Shown here piece by piece: positions 37,183-50,058 of a stretch of DNA of 64,000 nucleotides; position 1 is the stretch's first letter, and the number at the start of each line of letters is the position of its first letter. A program made the position numbers and the translations under genes. The stretch lies in NCBI GenBank assembly GCA_000004695.1, contig CM000153.2:1536001-1600000 (forward strand), written 5' to 3'. Under the pieces are notes generated by a model. It did no database searches. It was not told the DNA's origin and saw nothing but the letters and a program-made list of their open reading frames with translations. This DNA is from Dictyostelium discoideum (taxonomy: Eukaryota).

Positions 37183-38826
37183 TTAATTGTGATAGTTATT
37201 GTAATTATTATTGTTGTTGTTATTATTGTTGTTTAAATTTTCAGGTCGGTTTGGACAAAGTGGTGGACATTTTTGATGTTCATTACGATGTGCTTCACAT
37301 GATTGGGCTGGACGTCCAATTGGTTTTCTGAATTTTGGAAAATTTTGTTGGTTTTCATTATTTGATTTTTGTTGCGGTGATTGTCTATCACTTTCATGTG
37401 GTGAATGTGGAGGTGATAAAGATGATCTATAATTATTATTATAATTATTTCCATTATTATTATTACCATTATTGTTGTTATAATAGCTATTGTTGTTACT
37501 ATTATTATTATTATTATTATTGTTGTTGTTGTTATAATAATTGTTGTTATTATTACTACTATTATTGTTGTTATTATTGTTGTTATTATTATTAGAATAA
37601 GATGAAATTGATGATAAATATTGGTTTGAACCTTGTTGGTTGTAGTTTTGATTTTGATTTTGGTTGTGGTTTTGGTTGTAATTTTGGTTTTGGTTTTGGT
37701 TTTGGTTTTGATTTTGATTTTGATTTTGATTTTGATTTTGGTTTTGGTTTTTTAATTTATTATTTTGTTGAGTGTTCCCATTTTGTGGTTTTTGTTTTTG
37801 TTGTTGTTGAATTTGTTTTTGTAAATTTTGTTGAGCTTGTTGATGTTGAACTTGAGCTTGGGCAGCCAATTGTTGTTGTTGTAATTGAAGATGTTGTTGA
37901 AATTGTTGATTATTTTGTTGTTGTTGTTGTTGAAATTGTTTGTATTGAGTAAGTTGTTGACTTAATTGTTGACTCAATTGTTGTTGTTGATTCATTTGTT
38001 GTTGGTGGTATTGTTGTTGTTGTGGTGGTAAATTTTGAGTCATTTGTTGTGATGCTTGATAGAATTGTTGGAGATTGATTTGTTGTTGTTGAACTTGTTG
38101 TTGTGCTTCGGTACTGGTTTGTAAGAGTAACAATTTCTCATTTTGATCGATTAATTTTGAGATTGGATGAACACAATGTGGTCTTGGGGACCATTTATTC
38201 ATTAATCTCATATACTTCTTTCTGGTGGAAGTTACAGTACGACCCAATGTACTGGCAATGGATCTCCAACGCAATTCACTCTCTTTTGAAGTGACAGATT
38301 GTGGATCTCTTTGGAAAACCATCTCCAATAATCTACAACATTCTTCTTGTGACCAAAGTTTTCTAGTGGCAATTGGAATCTCAACTGGTGATAGGCGTCC
38401 GGTACATGATTCTGGGCATTTCTTCTTCCATTTACTATGTTTATTACAGGCCAATGATCTCATATTATTTGGTGAAGATTCTCCATCGTTCTCTTCAGAT
38501 TCTGATCCTGATCCTCCTGATGGTGATCTAGTTGGTGATGATGGAATTAATTGTTGCAACTCTTGTGAATTACCATTATAATCAAATAATGAATTATTTA
38601 CTGAATTTAAATTATTATTTAATTGATTTAATTGATTTAATTGTTGTTGTTGTTTTGTTGTATTATTTTCATTACGATCATTGTTATTATTGTTGTTGTT
38701 ATTAGAATGATCAAATAATGGTTGTCTTGGTGATAAAAATGGAGAATTATTAGTTGATGAACCATTTGGAGTTGTTTTAGAAGAGATTGATGGTGAGGTA
38801 TTATAGAGTTCGGATGAATAATCAGA

Positions 38827-38871
<45 letters not shown>

Positions 38872-39245
38872 GGAAACATAGTGATCAACATGTAATTTTG
38901 GTTTTTGATATTTTTGATATGGGTGGTATGAATTTGGTGACAATGATGATGTGTGAATTGTTGGTGAATTTTCTGATGATTTTGATGGGCTAGCAATCTT
39001 TGATAATAAAATTACACCATCTTCCATTAAATCTTTATTTGATAATGAAGAAGAAGAAGATGATGATGATGATGATGACGATGATGAGAATGATGGTGAT
39101 GGCAATTGTAATGAAGATGGTGATGTAACTATAGAATTCTTTGATGGATAAGTGAATTTAATTGATGATGATGGTGAATTTGGTCTATCAATTGTCGAAT
39201 CTTGACCAGTTGGTGATGATGTTGCTGATGAATCATCACAATAAC

Positions 39246-39277
<32 letters not shown>

Positions 39278-39363
39278 GAATTATTATTGTTATTGTTATT
39301 ATTATTATTATCGTTGGAATCTTCCAACATGAAAGAAATTTTCATTCTATCTAAGACAATCAT
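37183..39363 (-). CDS. Myb/SANT-domain protein with extensive Q/N/S-rich low-complexity regions
   Basis: A Myb-like repeat is present: RKLWSQEECCRLLEMVFQRDPQSVTSKESELRWRSIASTLGRTVTSTRKKYMRLMNKW (W-x19-W spacing). Cys/His-containing basic C-terminal segments are present (CEAHRNEHQKCPPLCPN). The coding strand contains an NQ hexapeptide repeat (CAAAAT)n. Confidence 0.65.
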
Positions 39364-40111
39364 TTTTTTTATTTATTTATTGAAAAATTGAAAATTGGTG
39401 GAATTATTTTTTTATTTTTTATTTTTTTTTTATTCTATATTTATTTAAATTTATTTTGTAAATATGTGTGTGTATATACCAAAAAACGCCACACGGAAAT
39501 AAAGAATGAGTATAAAAAATTAAAATTAATATTTTGATTTTTTTTTTTTTTTTTGTTTTTTTTTTTTTTTTTTTTTTTTAATTAATAAAAAAAATTATAA
39601 AAGTATATTTTTTTAAAAAATATTAAAAAAATAAAAAAATAAAATTGTTTATAGTAGGTTATTTTATAAAATAATTTAATTAGACAAAACAGTGCAAATA
39701 AAAAAATAAAAAAAAAAAAAATTAAGTTGAAGTGGGCCAAGTGATTATTGTTTTTTTTTTTTTTTTTTTTTGTAAAATTTTTTTTTTTTTTACAATGATT
39801 TTTTGTGTTAAAGAGGTAATATTAGATTAAAGTGTTGATGTTGGTTTTAAAAAAAAAAAAACTAATAAATTTAAAATAAATAATACAGTTATATGAAAGA
39901 AAATAGAAATTTTGATAAAAAAAGAAAAATTATAAGAATATGGTTTAAACGAAATAAAATTATTATAATAATTTAAGAAAAAAAAAAAAAAAACAATAAT
40001 TGTTTGAGCTATTAACATAAATAGAACCCTTTGCAATTATGTAAAAAATTATATATAAGGATAAAAAAAAAAAAACCTTTCAGCTAATTGTTTTTAATAC
40101 ATATATAGAAA

Positions 40112-40149
<38 letters not shown>

Positions 40150-41742
40150 ATAATTTTATTTTATTATTATTATTTTAATTTATTTTACAAAAGCACAAAA
40201 AAAAAAAAAAAAAAAAAAAAAACAGTGGTGGAAAAAGTTTTGATTAAATAATAAATAAAATAAAAAAAAATAAAAAAAAAAACCAAAATAAATCAAAAAA
40301 CCAAATTTTTTATTTTGAAAAAAAAAAAAAGATTTTATTTATTTAAAAGAAAGGGACAACAAATATTTATTGATTGACAACAAGATAAATAAATTTTAAA
40401 AAAAAAAAAAAAAAAAAAAAAAGTGGAAAAAAAAGTTGCCTTTGTTTTTTGTGAATTATTAATTAAAAAAAAATAAAAATAAAAATAAAAATAAATAAAA
40501 ATAAAAATAAAAATAAATGTTGTGTGTGAACCTAAGTGATCTATTTTTTTTTTTTTTTTGAAAAATAAAAAAAAAAAAAAATATATTTTAATTAAAAAGA
40601 ATTTAGGGGGGTATTTATTAAAATTATTTTTTTTAATTATACCACACCCCCTTTTGTCCAAGCATACCGAAACAAATTTTTTTTTTTTTTTTTTTTTTGT
40701 CAAAAACAATGAAATATTCAAAAAAAAAAAATAAATAAAAAAAACTTAACACAGATTTTAATGTGATTTTAACATTGATCAATAACGTCTCCAATTTTTC
40801 CAATCGGCACCAAATAGAATTTTTTTTTTTTGAATTTTAAAAAAAAAAAAAAATAATATTGTACAAGTGTCGAGATATTAAAAGAAAAAATTTTGTGTGG
40901 TTGCACTGGAAAAAAAAAATAAAAAACAACTGACTATAATAGCATCGGTGGAGGTCCAAAATTTTCTATTTTTTTTTTAAAAAATAATTATCAAATTCAC
41001 CCCCACAAAATAAAAAATAAATAAATAAATAAATAAATTAAATTAAATTATTGGTTTTTTTTTTTAAAAGTTAATGTATAAAAATGGTATTGATGGTAGT
41101 AATAAATGACTAAATTTTTTTTTTTTTTTCTTATTATTTGTTGTTTTTTTTTTTTTTTGGTGTGTTTTTAATTTATTTTTATTTTTTTTTTTTTTATACA
41201 CAATTAATTAATGTCCTTTGGATTGAAAAGAGTGAGATTAAATAAATGAGATCAAAGAAAAGAAAAAAAAAAAAAAAAAAATTAAAAATTAAAAGAAAAA
41301 ATATTGGTGAAAGGTTAAGAAATAGAAGGGGGTATTTATTCAGTTTGAATAGGAAAAAAAAAAAAATAAAAAATAAAAAATAATAATAAAATAATAAATA
41401 TATACAACGACCACGGCATCAATATTTGCCAATCCTTCTGGTGGTATTTTTTTATTTTTTTATTTTTTTAATTAACAATAACAACTTTTTTTTTATAAAA
41501 AAAAAAAATAAAATAAAAATTTCAAAAAATTAGATCTGATGGTTTTTTTTTACTTTTATATCTTTGCCAAAAAAAAAAAAAATAAATAAAAAAAAAAATA
41601 AAAAAAATAACAAAAAAAAAAAAAAAAAAAAAAAATAAAAAAAAATTAAAAAATAACAAATAAAAAGAATTTTATAAAATAATTGAAAACTGAAATTTTT
41701 AAAAAAAAAAAAAAGGTGATGGCTTTTGTGATCAAAATTTTT

Positions 41743-41778
<36 letters not shown>

Positions 41779-41980
41779 CAAACCTTTAAAAAATTGATTG
41801 TTTATTTTTATTTTTTTTTTTTTATTTTTATTATTCTCTATTATTTTTATTTATTTTTTAAAATTTATTTATTTATTTTTTTATATACCAAGAATAAAAT
41901 TATTTTGAATCTCGTGTGTTTATTTTTTTTTTTTTTTTTATTTTATTTTATTTTTTATGAGGTTGGATTGAGAGAGAAAG

Positions 41981-42019
<39 letters not shown>

Positions 42020-42860
42020 ATTATCAACCCGTGATAACAATAATAATCAAATGGTGAAAAAAAAAAAAAAAAAAAAAGTTAAAACAAAAAAAAAAATCAC
42101 AAAAAAAAAAAAATAAAAAACAAAATAATTTAAAAAAAAAAAATTAAAAATCTTGTGTTGTCTTGTTGGTTTGGAAAAACCATTTTATTTTGGAACCAAA
42201 AAAAAAAAAAAATGGTTTGTCCATAGTCCACCAAATTTTTTTTAAAAAATTTTTTAAAAAAAAAAAAGAACATGAAGAGGCGAAATTAAAAACAAAAAAA
42301 GACTGTGAATAAATATCTGACAATTTTAAAAAGAAAAAAAATTTGTTCCTTTAGCTGTTTTTTTTTTTTTTTTTATTTTTTAATTTCAAAAATAAAAATT
42401 GATTTTATGATGAAACATACCTTTTATGACCGGGCTTAGCAAAGAAATTTTTTTTTTTTTACTTTTCTATCGCGTGATTGAAAAATAAAAAAAAAAAAAA
42501 TTATAAAATGTAATTTGACCAAAAAAAAAAAAAAAAATAATTAAAAAAAAAAAAAAAAAGAAAACTTTATTTGAAAAGAACAAATTATTGTAATTGATGA
42601 TTATGATATTGATTTAAAATTATTATATTATTATTTTTTTACTTTATTTTTTTTTATTTTTATTTTTATATTTATTTTTTTATTTTTTTTTTTATTTATT
42701 TTTATTTTTATTTTTGTTTTTTTTTAAAATATTCCAAAGGTTGATTATTATTATTATTGGCAAATTTTATTTTTTTTTATGTTGGTTTTGGAGTTGAGTC
42801 AATTGTGCAATATTATTATTTTCAACCTGAGGTAAAATTATTGTTATTATTATTGTTGGG

Positions 42861-42902
<42 letters not shown>

Positions 42903-43882
42903 AGAAAAAAAAAATAAAATTTAAAAAAAAAGTTGTTGATTAATTTTTATTTTTTCGATTCCTAAATATCTTATGGATTCAGTGAAGGAAAAAAAAAAAT
43001 TGTGAAAAAAAAAAAAAAAAAAAAAAATGTTTTTTAATTAATAGGACAACCCTGAAGATTAACGAATAATGTTGGCTCGAATGTTTTTTTTTTTTGTTAA
43101 AATTATTTTATAAAAACAACCGGCCTAAGTGCTTATTTAATATGATATCACAAATGATTTTGATTTTCTTTTCTTTCTTTTTTTTTTATTTTATAGTTGG
43201 TGGATGGTCTGAAAAAAAGTTTATGATTTTTTTTTTTTAAAAAATTTATTTTTTATTTTTATTTTTTTTTTATTTTTTTTTTTTGGACACGAGGGATGTG
43301 TGACTTTTCAATTTCTAAAAGTTTTTTTTTTTTTTTGTCAAAATATCTTTTTAAATTTGGTTTGTTGTTACATTGAAACTTTTTTGATGATACTGGTGAT
43401 CGGAGAGATTTTATAGATTTCAATTCACCGAACAAAAAACATTAACTGAAAATAGATCTATTCATTCTTTTTATAATAATCAATAGAAAAAAAAAAAAAA
43501 AAAAAAATGAATAAATAAAAAAAAAAAAACAAATTTTAAAAATAAAATTAATTAATTAATTAATTATACAACAGATTTTTTTTTTTTCCACTTTTAAAAT
43601 ATCAAAGTCCCAAAAAGTTTTTTTTTTTTTTTTTTTTTTTTTAATTTTTTGTGAATGGGCCTTTTTGTAAATCAACCAATATTGGGGCAAACATCGGTTT
43701 TTTTGGGAATTTCGGTTATTTTAAATTGTTATCGACAAATGCTTTTGATTTCTCCATTTCACAATTTTTTTTTCTCAATTTAATAAACACCGAAAACAAT
43801 GAAATTTATTTGGTTTGGATTTTGGATAAGGCACCCTCACAGGACTATCATTTTTTTATTTTTTTTTTTTTTTCAGATAATA

Positions 43883-43932
<50 letters not shown>

Positions 43933-44530
43933 CCAAAAGTCAAAAAAATATCGCTTCAACCCAAAAAGTTAACTGAATTTGTAACAATTATATTAAAAAG
44001 CCCTTTAAAAAAAAGGCTTTTTGATTTCTTTTTTTTTTTTTTTTATAATTATTTTTTTTAATTAATTAGTTTTTTTTTTTTTGACCAAGTTTTATTTCAA
44101 TTCATTTAAAAACCATAAACGATATCTAATTATCCAATCATATTGTTATTTTTATTATTATTATTATTATTATTTTATTTTTTTTAATTTTTTAGAAATA
44201 CATATCATATTTTTTATAAAAAAAAAAAAAAAATTAATTAGTTTTGAGATTATTATTTTTTTTTTTTTTTAAACAATTTTAAATAACTAAGAAAAAATGA
44301 TAAAAATTATAAAAATCAATCTCTTCTTTACTTTAAAAGAAAAGCAAATTTACAAAATTTTTCCTTTTTTCTAACAATTTTAAAAATACACAACTATTTA
44401 AACAAAAAGTTAACTTTTTCCCACTTTTTAAAGTTAGAAAATTACTTTTTTTTTTATTATTATTATTTTTTATTTTTTTTTTTATTATTAAGATTAATGA
44501 TTTACATAAAATTTTATTTATTTATTTTAA

Positions 44531-44895
44531 TTAAAAAGTAATATTTGACTCATTCATTTTCTTTAAAATATCATCTCTATTTTGTTGCATTTCATCAATA
44601 AGATTTGATTGATATTCCAATTCTTCTTCAAGGTATTGTTGATTTTCAGATTCATCAAATTCTTCAAAATTTGTTAAAATATTATCATTTTCATAGGTTG
44701 GGAAAAGGTATTGAGCATCTTTCCAAACTGGATTCTCTTGAATTACACCACAATGTTCATGTTGATTAATATGTAAATGTGAGAAAAATGTTTCTTTATC
44801 TTTAAATGAATTATCACCACAATAACAACAAATCATTTCAGAAACACATCTTCTAATAAAATTTAATAATTTAATTGATTCATAATAATCTAAAT
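44531..44895 (-). CDS. C2H2 zinc-finger protein (ZNF277-like), exon 5 (terminal)
   Basis: The acceptor atttatAG is on the minus strand. The exon encodes LDYYESIKLLNFIRRCVSEMICCYCGDNSFKDKETFFSHLHINQH...*, which contains a C2H2 finger. The splice from exon 4 is phase-1. Confidence 0.55.
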
Positions 44896-44994
44896 CTATA
44901 AATTAAAAATATCAAAGAGAGATAGAAAGAGAGAGAGAGATAGATAGAGATAGATAATATTAATAGATTAGTTATTATTATTATTATTATTATT

Positions 44995-45028
<34 letters not shown>

Positions 45029-45218
45029 TATCAGTTATCAAAGTTGGTGGGCTTGACAATGATTACTTTTTTGACTTTTTGATTTTTTGACTTTTGTCTG
45101 ATATTTTTTTTTTTTATTTGGTTCAGACAAAAATCAAAAAGGTTTTTGTCTGAAAATTATTATTGTAATAAAATAAAATAAAATAAAAAAAAAAAAAAAA
45201 ACTGTTAATCTCACTTAC

Positions 45219-45376
45219 TCCAAGATTTTCTCTTTTTGTCAAAATCAAAATTATGAACATTTCTCATATGCTCGAATGTACAGTCGGAATTATCAAAATG
45301 GGTCTCACAGAATAAGCAAACTGCAGTATCTTCGATTTCATTTTCAGAACCTTCTGTCCAATCATCCCAATGTGAA
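45219..45376 (-). CDS. C2H2 zinc-finger protein, exon 4
   Basis: ISHWDDWTEGSENEIEDTAVCLFCETHFDNSDCTFEHMRNVHNFDFDKKRKSWS is followed by a GTAAGT donor. Confidence 0.55.
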
Positions 45377-45471
45377 CTAAATAATAATTTTAAAAAAAAA
45401 AAGTTGGTTAATAATTATTTATTTATTTTTTTTTTTTATTTTTTTTTTAAAAAAAATTAAAAATACATTAC

Positions 45472-45807
45472 ATTTGATGATTACCATTATTTTCATTTTG
45501 AGCTTGTTTCATTATATCAATATTATTTATATATTTATTATCATCATCATCATTATCACCATGATCTTTTTTTAAATCTTCCCAATTTTTACCAGGTTCT
45601 AAATAATTTAAAAGATAATATTTATCATAGGTTGTATTTGTTGGATTTAATCTATTATGTTTTTTCTTTTTCATATGAAGTTTAAGTACAGATTGTGATT
45701 TAAATATTTTTTCACAATATAAACATTGCATTTCATCACATTTCTCTTTTAAAATTTCAAGTAATTCTTTTAAATTTACTAAATTATCTGATAATCCAAT
45801 ATTAAAG
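45472..45807 (-). CDS. C2H2 zinc-finger protein, exon 3
   Basis: ...EMQCLYCEKIFKSQSVLKLHMKKKKH... is followed by a GTAATG donor overlapping the ORF stop. Confidence 0.55.
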
Positions 45808-45909
45808 CTTTTTTTTTATGTAAAAAAAAAAAAAATAAAAATAAATAAATATTAATAACTTTTTACTTTTTTTTTTATTTTTTTATTTGATTAAATAATA
45901 AATACATAC

Positions 45910-46037
45910 TTGTGTTGTTCTACTAAATGTGTTGTTACACTTGATCTATCACCTTTAAATGTTGCTGGACACATTGGACAAATACATGTAAAATTTGGAT
46001 TTATTCTTTCAGAATGTTGTTGTTCTAAAATTGAATT
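45910..46037 (-). CDS. C2H2 zinc-finger protein, exon 2
   Basis: NSILEQQHSERINPNFTCICPMCPATFKGDRSSVTTHLVEQHK is followed by a GTATGT donor. The acceptor aaaacAG follows an 88-nt intron. Confidence 0.55.
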
Positions 46038-46084
46038 CTGTTTTTATTTTATATATTTGGTTAATAAAAATTATAATTCTAAAT

Positions 46085-46122
<38 letters not shown>

Positions 46123-46131
46123 GAAACTTAC

Positions 46132-46704
46132 TAATTGACCAGTTTGTAATTTTCTTCTAATATCTTGATCTTGTGGTAAAATGTCACTAAGTAAATAATA
46201 GTTTGTAACAGGTTCAGATTTTGAAGTTTGAGTTTGAACAACTGTTGTAAATTCTGTTAGTGGTTTACCAACAAATTGCTTTTTCCAATGTTCTAAATAA
46301 CCAACTAAATTTGTAATTTGATTAACATCAGCAATAACAAATTTATGTTGATTGAAAATGTGTTCTAATATAGTTCTAGATTCAAATTCAAAATGAGAAC
46401 ATAATAAACATGGATATTTAACACCAGTATTGTTTGTGTTGCTTGATACTACTGATGATGTTGATTCTGCATCTGATGCACTTAAATCTTCTGAATCTGA
46501 TTGATTAATATTTAAATTACTTATTGAACCTGTAGTTGTTGCTGTAGTTGAAGTTGTAGTTGTAGTTGTTGTTGTAGTTGTTGTTGCTGGAGTTATAATG
46601 GTTGGTATTTGTATATTATTATTATTATTATTATTATTATTAAAATCAAATGTTAATGATGATTTTAATGGTTCAACAGTAGGCCATTTACTCCAATCTT
46701 GCAT
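46132..46704 (-). CDS. C2H2 zinc-finger protein, exon 1
   Basis: The true ATG gives MQDWSKWPTVEPLKS.... A poly-N/poly-T stretch precedes the first finger, YPCLLCSHFEFESRTILEHIFNQHKF. A GTAAGT donor follows ...LQTGQL. The five exons sum to 1557 nt (519 codons), consistent with the frame. Confidence 0.6.
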
Positions 46705-46806
46705 TTTTTAATTTATAAATTTATATGTGTGAAAATGAATGTTTAAAATAAATGAAAAAACAAGGAATTGTAATTTTGAGAAAAATAAAAAATTTTAGAT
46801 TAAACG

Positions 46807-46855
<49 letters not shown>

Positions 46856-47139
46856 TTAAACCGACGAAAATTATTTGTTACACATTAATACATTAATTAG
46901 ATGATATTTTCCTTTTATAAATTTTTTTTTTCCTTTAATGGATACCTAATTTATTAAAAATTTTTTTTTTTTTTTTTCCTTTTAACCTTAATTTATTTAT
47001 CTTAAAAAATTATTTTTTTTTTTTTTTTTTTCCAAAAACAGAAAATTTAAAAAATTGGATGGGTATACGCTTTTTTGTTTTTTTGAGGGGTCTATTTTTA
47101 TATACTTAATTCCTTTTTAAAATTAATTAAATTTAATCC

Positions 47140-47183
<44 letters not shown>

Positions 47184-47207
47184 AAACCCTTTTTTTATTT
47201 TTTTTAT

Positions 47208-47265
<58 letters not shown>

Positions 47266-47295
47266 CAAAACAACCACAAAAAAAAAAAAAAAAAA

Positions 47296-47305
47296 GGGGG
47301 AGGGG
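47296..47305. promoter_or_regulatory. G-box-like element GGGGGAGGGG, 17 nt upstream of the ankyrin-gene ATG
   Basis: A G10-type tract sits in a roughly 80% AT background. Similar motifs lie at 9119-9131 (GTGGGGTGGGGGT, upstream of the ABCF gene), 11463-11473, 37030-37042, 52549-52558, 40604 and 41333. It resembles the G-rich half-sites bound by Dictyostelium G-box binding factor. Confidence 0.35.
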
Positions 47306-47321
47306 TACTAAAAAATATAGA

Positions 47322-47883
47322 ATGGCATCTCAAAATAATAACAATTTGGGAGGAATATTTTCAACAAGTGCAGATAGTTCAAGTAGTGGAAGTTGCTCAG
47401 AATATGCAGGATCTCCATCCAACAGTTATTTCATTACACCTAATTCTCCAACACAACACACTATTCCACCATTATTATCATCATACAATCCTCAATCAAT
47501 TAGACCAAATATTTATAACAGTTTAGTTGATAATAATAATAATAATACTAATACAAATACTAATACAAATACAAATACAAATAATAATAGTAATAATAAT
47601 AATAACAACAACAACAATAATAATAATAGTGAAGAGAAAATATTTAATTTTAGTTCACTTTTAGAAGCAATAAGAGTAGATGATAAAGAATTAATTGTTG
47701 AATTTTGTAGATTGAATAAAAACTTAACCAAATTGGATCTAAGAGATGGTGATGGCAGAACTCCAATTCATTATTGTATAGAATATGATTCTTATGGTTC
47801 TTTAGATATAATATTATCATCTTGGGTAATAACTTTAGGTGATTTAAATTTAAAAGATAAAGATGATTGGACTCCATTACATT
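47322..47883 (+). CDS. Ankyrin-repeat protein (about 1141 aa), exon 1
   Basis: MASQNNNNLGG... has S/N/T-rich low complexity followed by a first ANK (GRTPIHYCIEYD...). The donor GTAATG comes after ...TPLH+t (phase 1). Confidence 0.7.
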
Positions 47884-47994
47884 GTAATGTATATCAAAAT
47901 AATTTTTAATCAAAACAAAACAAAAAAAAAAAACAAAAAAAACAAAAAAAAACCCACAAACACTAATACATAAATAAATAAATTAAATAAATAG

Positions 47995-48490
47995 ATGCAG
48001 CATTATTTGATAGAATTGAATGTGCATTGATATTAGTTCAAAATGGTGCTAATATCAATTGTTTAACCAATGAAAATTGGACACCATTACATATAGCATC
48101 ATGGAGAGGTCATTCAGATTTTGTTTCAATGTTAATTGAAAAGAGATCAAAATTAACATTAAAAACAAAAGATGGTTTAACAGCTCATCAATTAGCATTA
48201 AATTCATTTCATTTCTCAATTGCAAATGAAATTTCTGAAGCATTATTAATTAAAGGTGATGGTGAACGTATTTCAAATAATCAAAATAATAGTGGTGGTG
48301 GTGGTGGTGGTGGTGGTGGTGGTAGTACTTCAAGCAGTACAAGTAGTAATAATCAAAATAATAATCAAAACAATAATCAAAGTAATAATAATAATAATAA
48401 TTTAATTTCAAATATATTAGATGAAAGTTTAAATGAAGAGATAATAACATTATTTAAAAGATCATCAAAACCTCAATTAGAATCAAATAT
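47995..48490 (+). CDS. Ankyrin-repeat protein, exon 2
   Basis: The acceptor aaatAG joins TPLH|YAALFDRIECALILVQNGANINCLTNENWTPLHIASWRGHSDFVSMLIEKRS, which restores the ANK consensus. The donor GTAAGT at 48491 overlaps the ORF stop. Confidence 0.75.
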
Positions 48491-48571
48491 GTAAGTTTTT
48501 TTTTATTATTTTTAAAATTATTGGGAAAAATTAAAAACATTATTTTTAATAAAAAAAAAAAAAAAAAATAG

Positions 48572-49892
48572 TAATTATAATTTAGTTAAAGATCATAATG
48601 GAGTTACACCATTACATTTAGCAGCAGTTAGAAATGGAATTGAAACAATAGTTTTATTAATAAAGAATCATAATATGAATGTAAATATTCAAGATAATTC
48701 AGGAAAGACACCATTACATTTTGCAGCATATAATGCAAAATTGGAAGCAATGAAAACATTGATTGAAAATGGTGCAAATGTAAATATGTGTTTAGTTGAT
48801 CATAGTAATCATAGTTTAATTTTAAATCAATATTTAAATAATTTTAGTAATAGTGGTAATAGTGTTGGAGTTTTAGTGAATAATAGTATAATAAATCATC
48901 AACAACAACAACAATTACAAAATCAAAATAAATTTAAAAAAGAATATGGAATCACAGCATTACATGAAGGTGCATATTCTGGTGATGTCAAAGTATTGGA
49001 TTTGTTATTAAATAATGGTGCATTTGTAAATGCAAAATCATATTATGGCACATCATTACATTATGCAACATCGATTGGGTCAGTTGAATGTGTGAAATAT
49101 TTATTAGCAAATGGAGTGGATGCTAGAATTAGAAATGATCAAGGTATGACTGCATTACATGTCGCAGCATTTCATGGTTATTCAAATTGTTTGGACGAAT
49201 TAGCATTATCAAATGGTGGGGCAGAGGTGAATTCAAAATGTAGAGATGGTAGTACACCATTGATGAAAGCTACTATGGGTGCAGCAGGCTCAGAGAATAG
49301 AGATGTGTCTTGTGTGGTTTCATTATTGGATAAAGGTGCAGATCCAAATATTACCAATGAAATGAATGAAAATGCATTACATGTTGCATCTTATTATGGC
49401 CTTTCAGAGATTACTCAAACATTGATTGGGCGTGGTAGTAATTTAGAAGCAAAAGATAAATGGGGTGAAACTGCTCTTCATAAATGTGTATATCAAAATC
49501 ATTCAAAAGTTTTGGAGATTCTAATTGGTATGGGTGCAAGAATTAATTCAGAAAATTTCGAAGGTGAAAGTGCATTACATGTGGCCGTTCGAAAGAATAG
49601 TAGTGAATGTGCTCATATATTGGCATCTTGCAAAGGTGTAAATTTAAATTGTGTAAACAAATATGGTGAAACACCACTTCATTATGCCTGTTCAAATGGT
49701 TTAATCGAATTGGCAATGATGTTCCTTGAAAAGGGCGCAATACCTCATATACCTGATAGCCAAGGTGATATACCATTAATGGTTGCACTAAGAAGAGGAT
49801 TCACTGAAATATCATTAACTCTAATTAGATGGGGTGTTCAAGGTGGTTCAAAAGTTTCACCTTTTATAAAAAATGAATTAAAAACTTCAATC

Positions 49893-49965
<73 letters not shown>

Positions 49966-49968
49966 GTA

Positions 49969-50058
<90 letters not shown>

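Noticed and set aside
44900-45220. Putative extra mini-exon between zinc-finger exons 4 and 5 (ttttcAG|ACAAAAACC...AAAAAG|gtaatc)
   Set aside because: It would terminate in frame (…KKSKK*) and break phase. A direct exon-4 to exon-5 splice keeps the frame and completes a fifth finger, so the segment was treated as intronic.
47953-47960. ACCCACAA match to the Dictyostelium upstream sequence element (DUSE) of ncRNA genes
   Set aside because: It lies inside intron 1 of the ankyrin gene, and the position about 60 nt downstream is coding exon 2. A single 8-mer match is weak evidence. The similar CCCCACAA at 40993 in the gene desert does not fit the [AT]CCCA[CT]AA consensus strictly.
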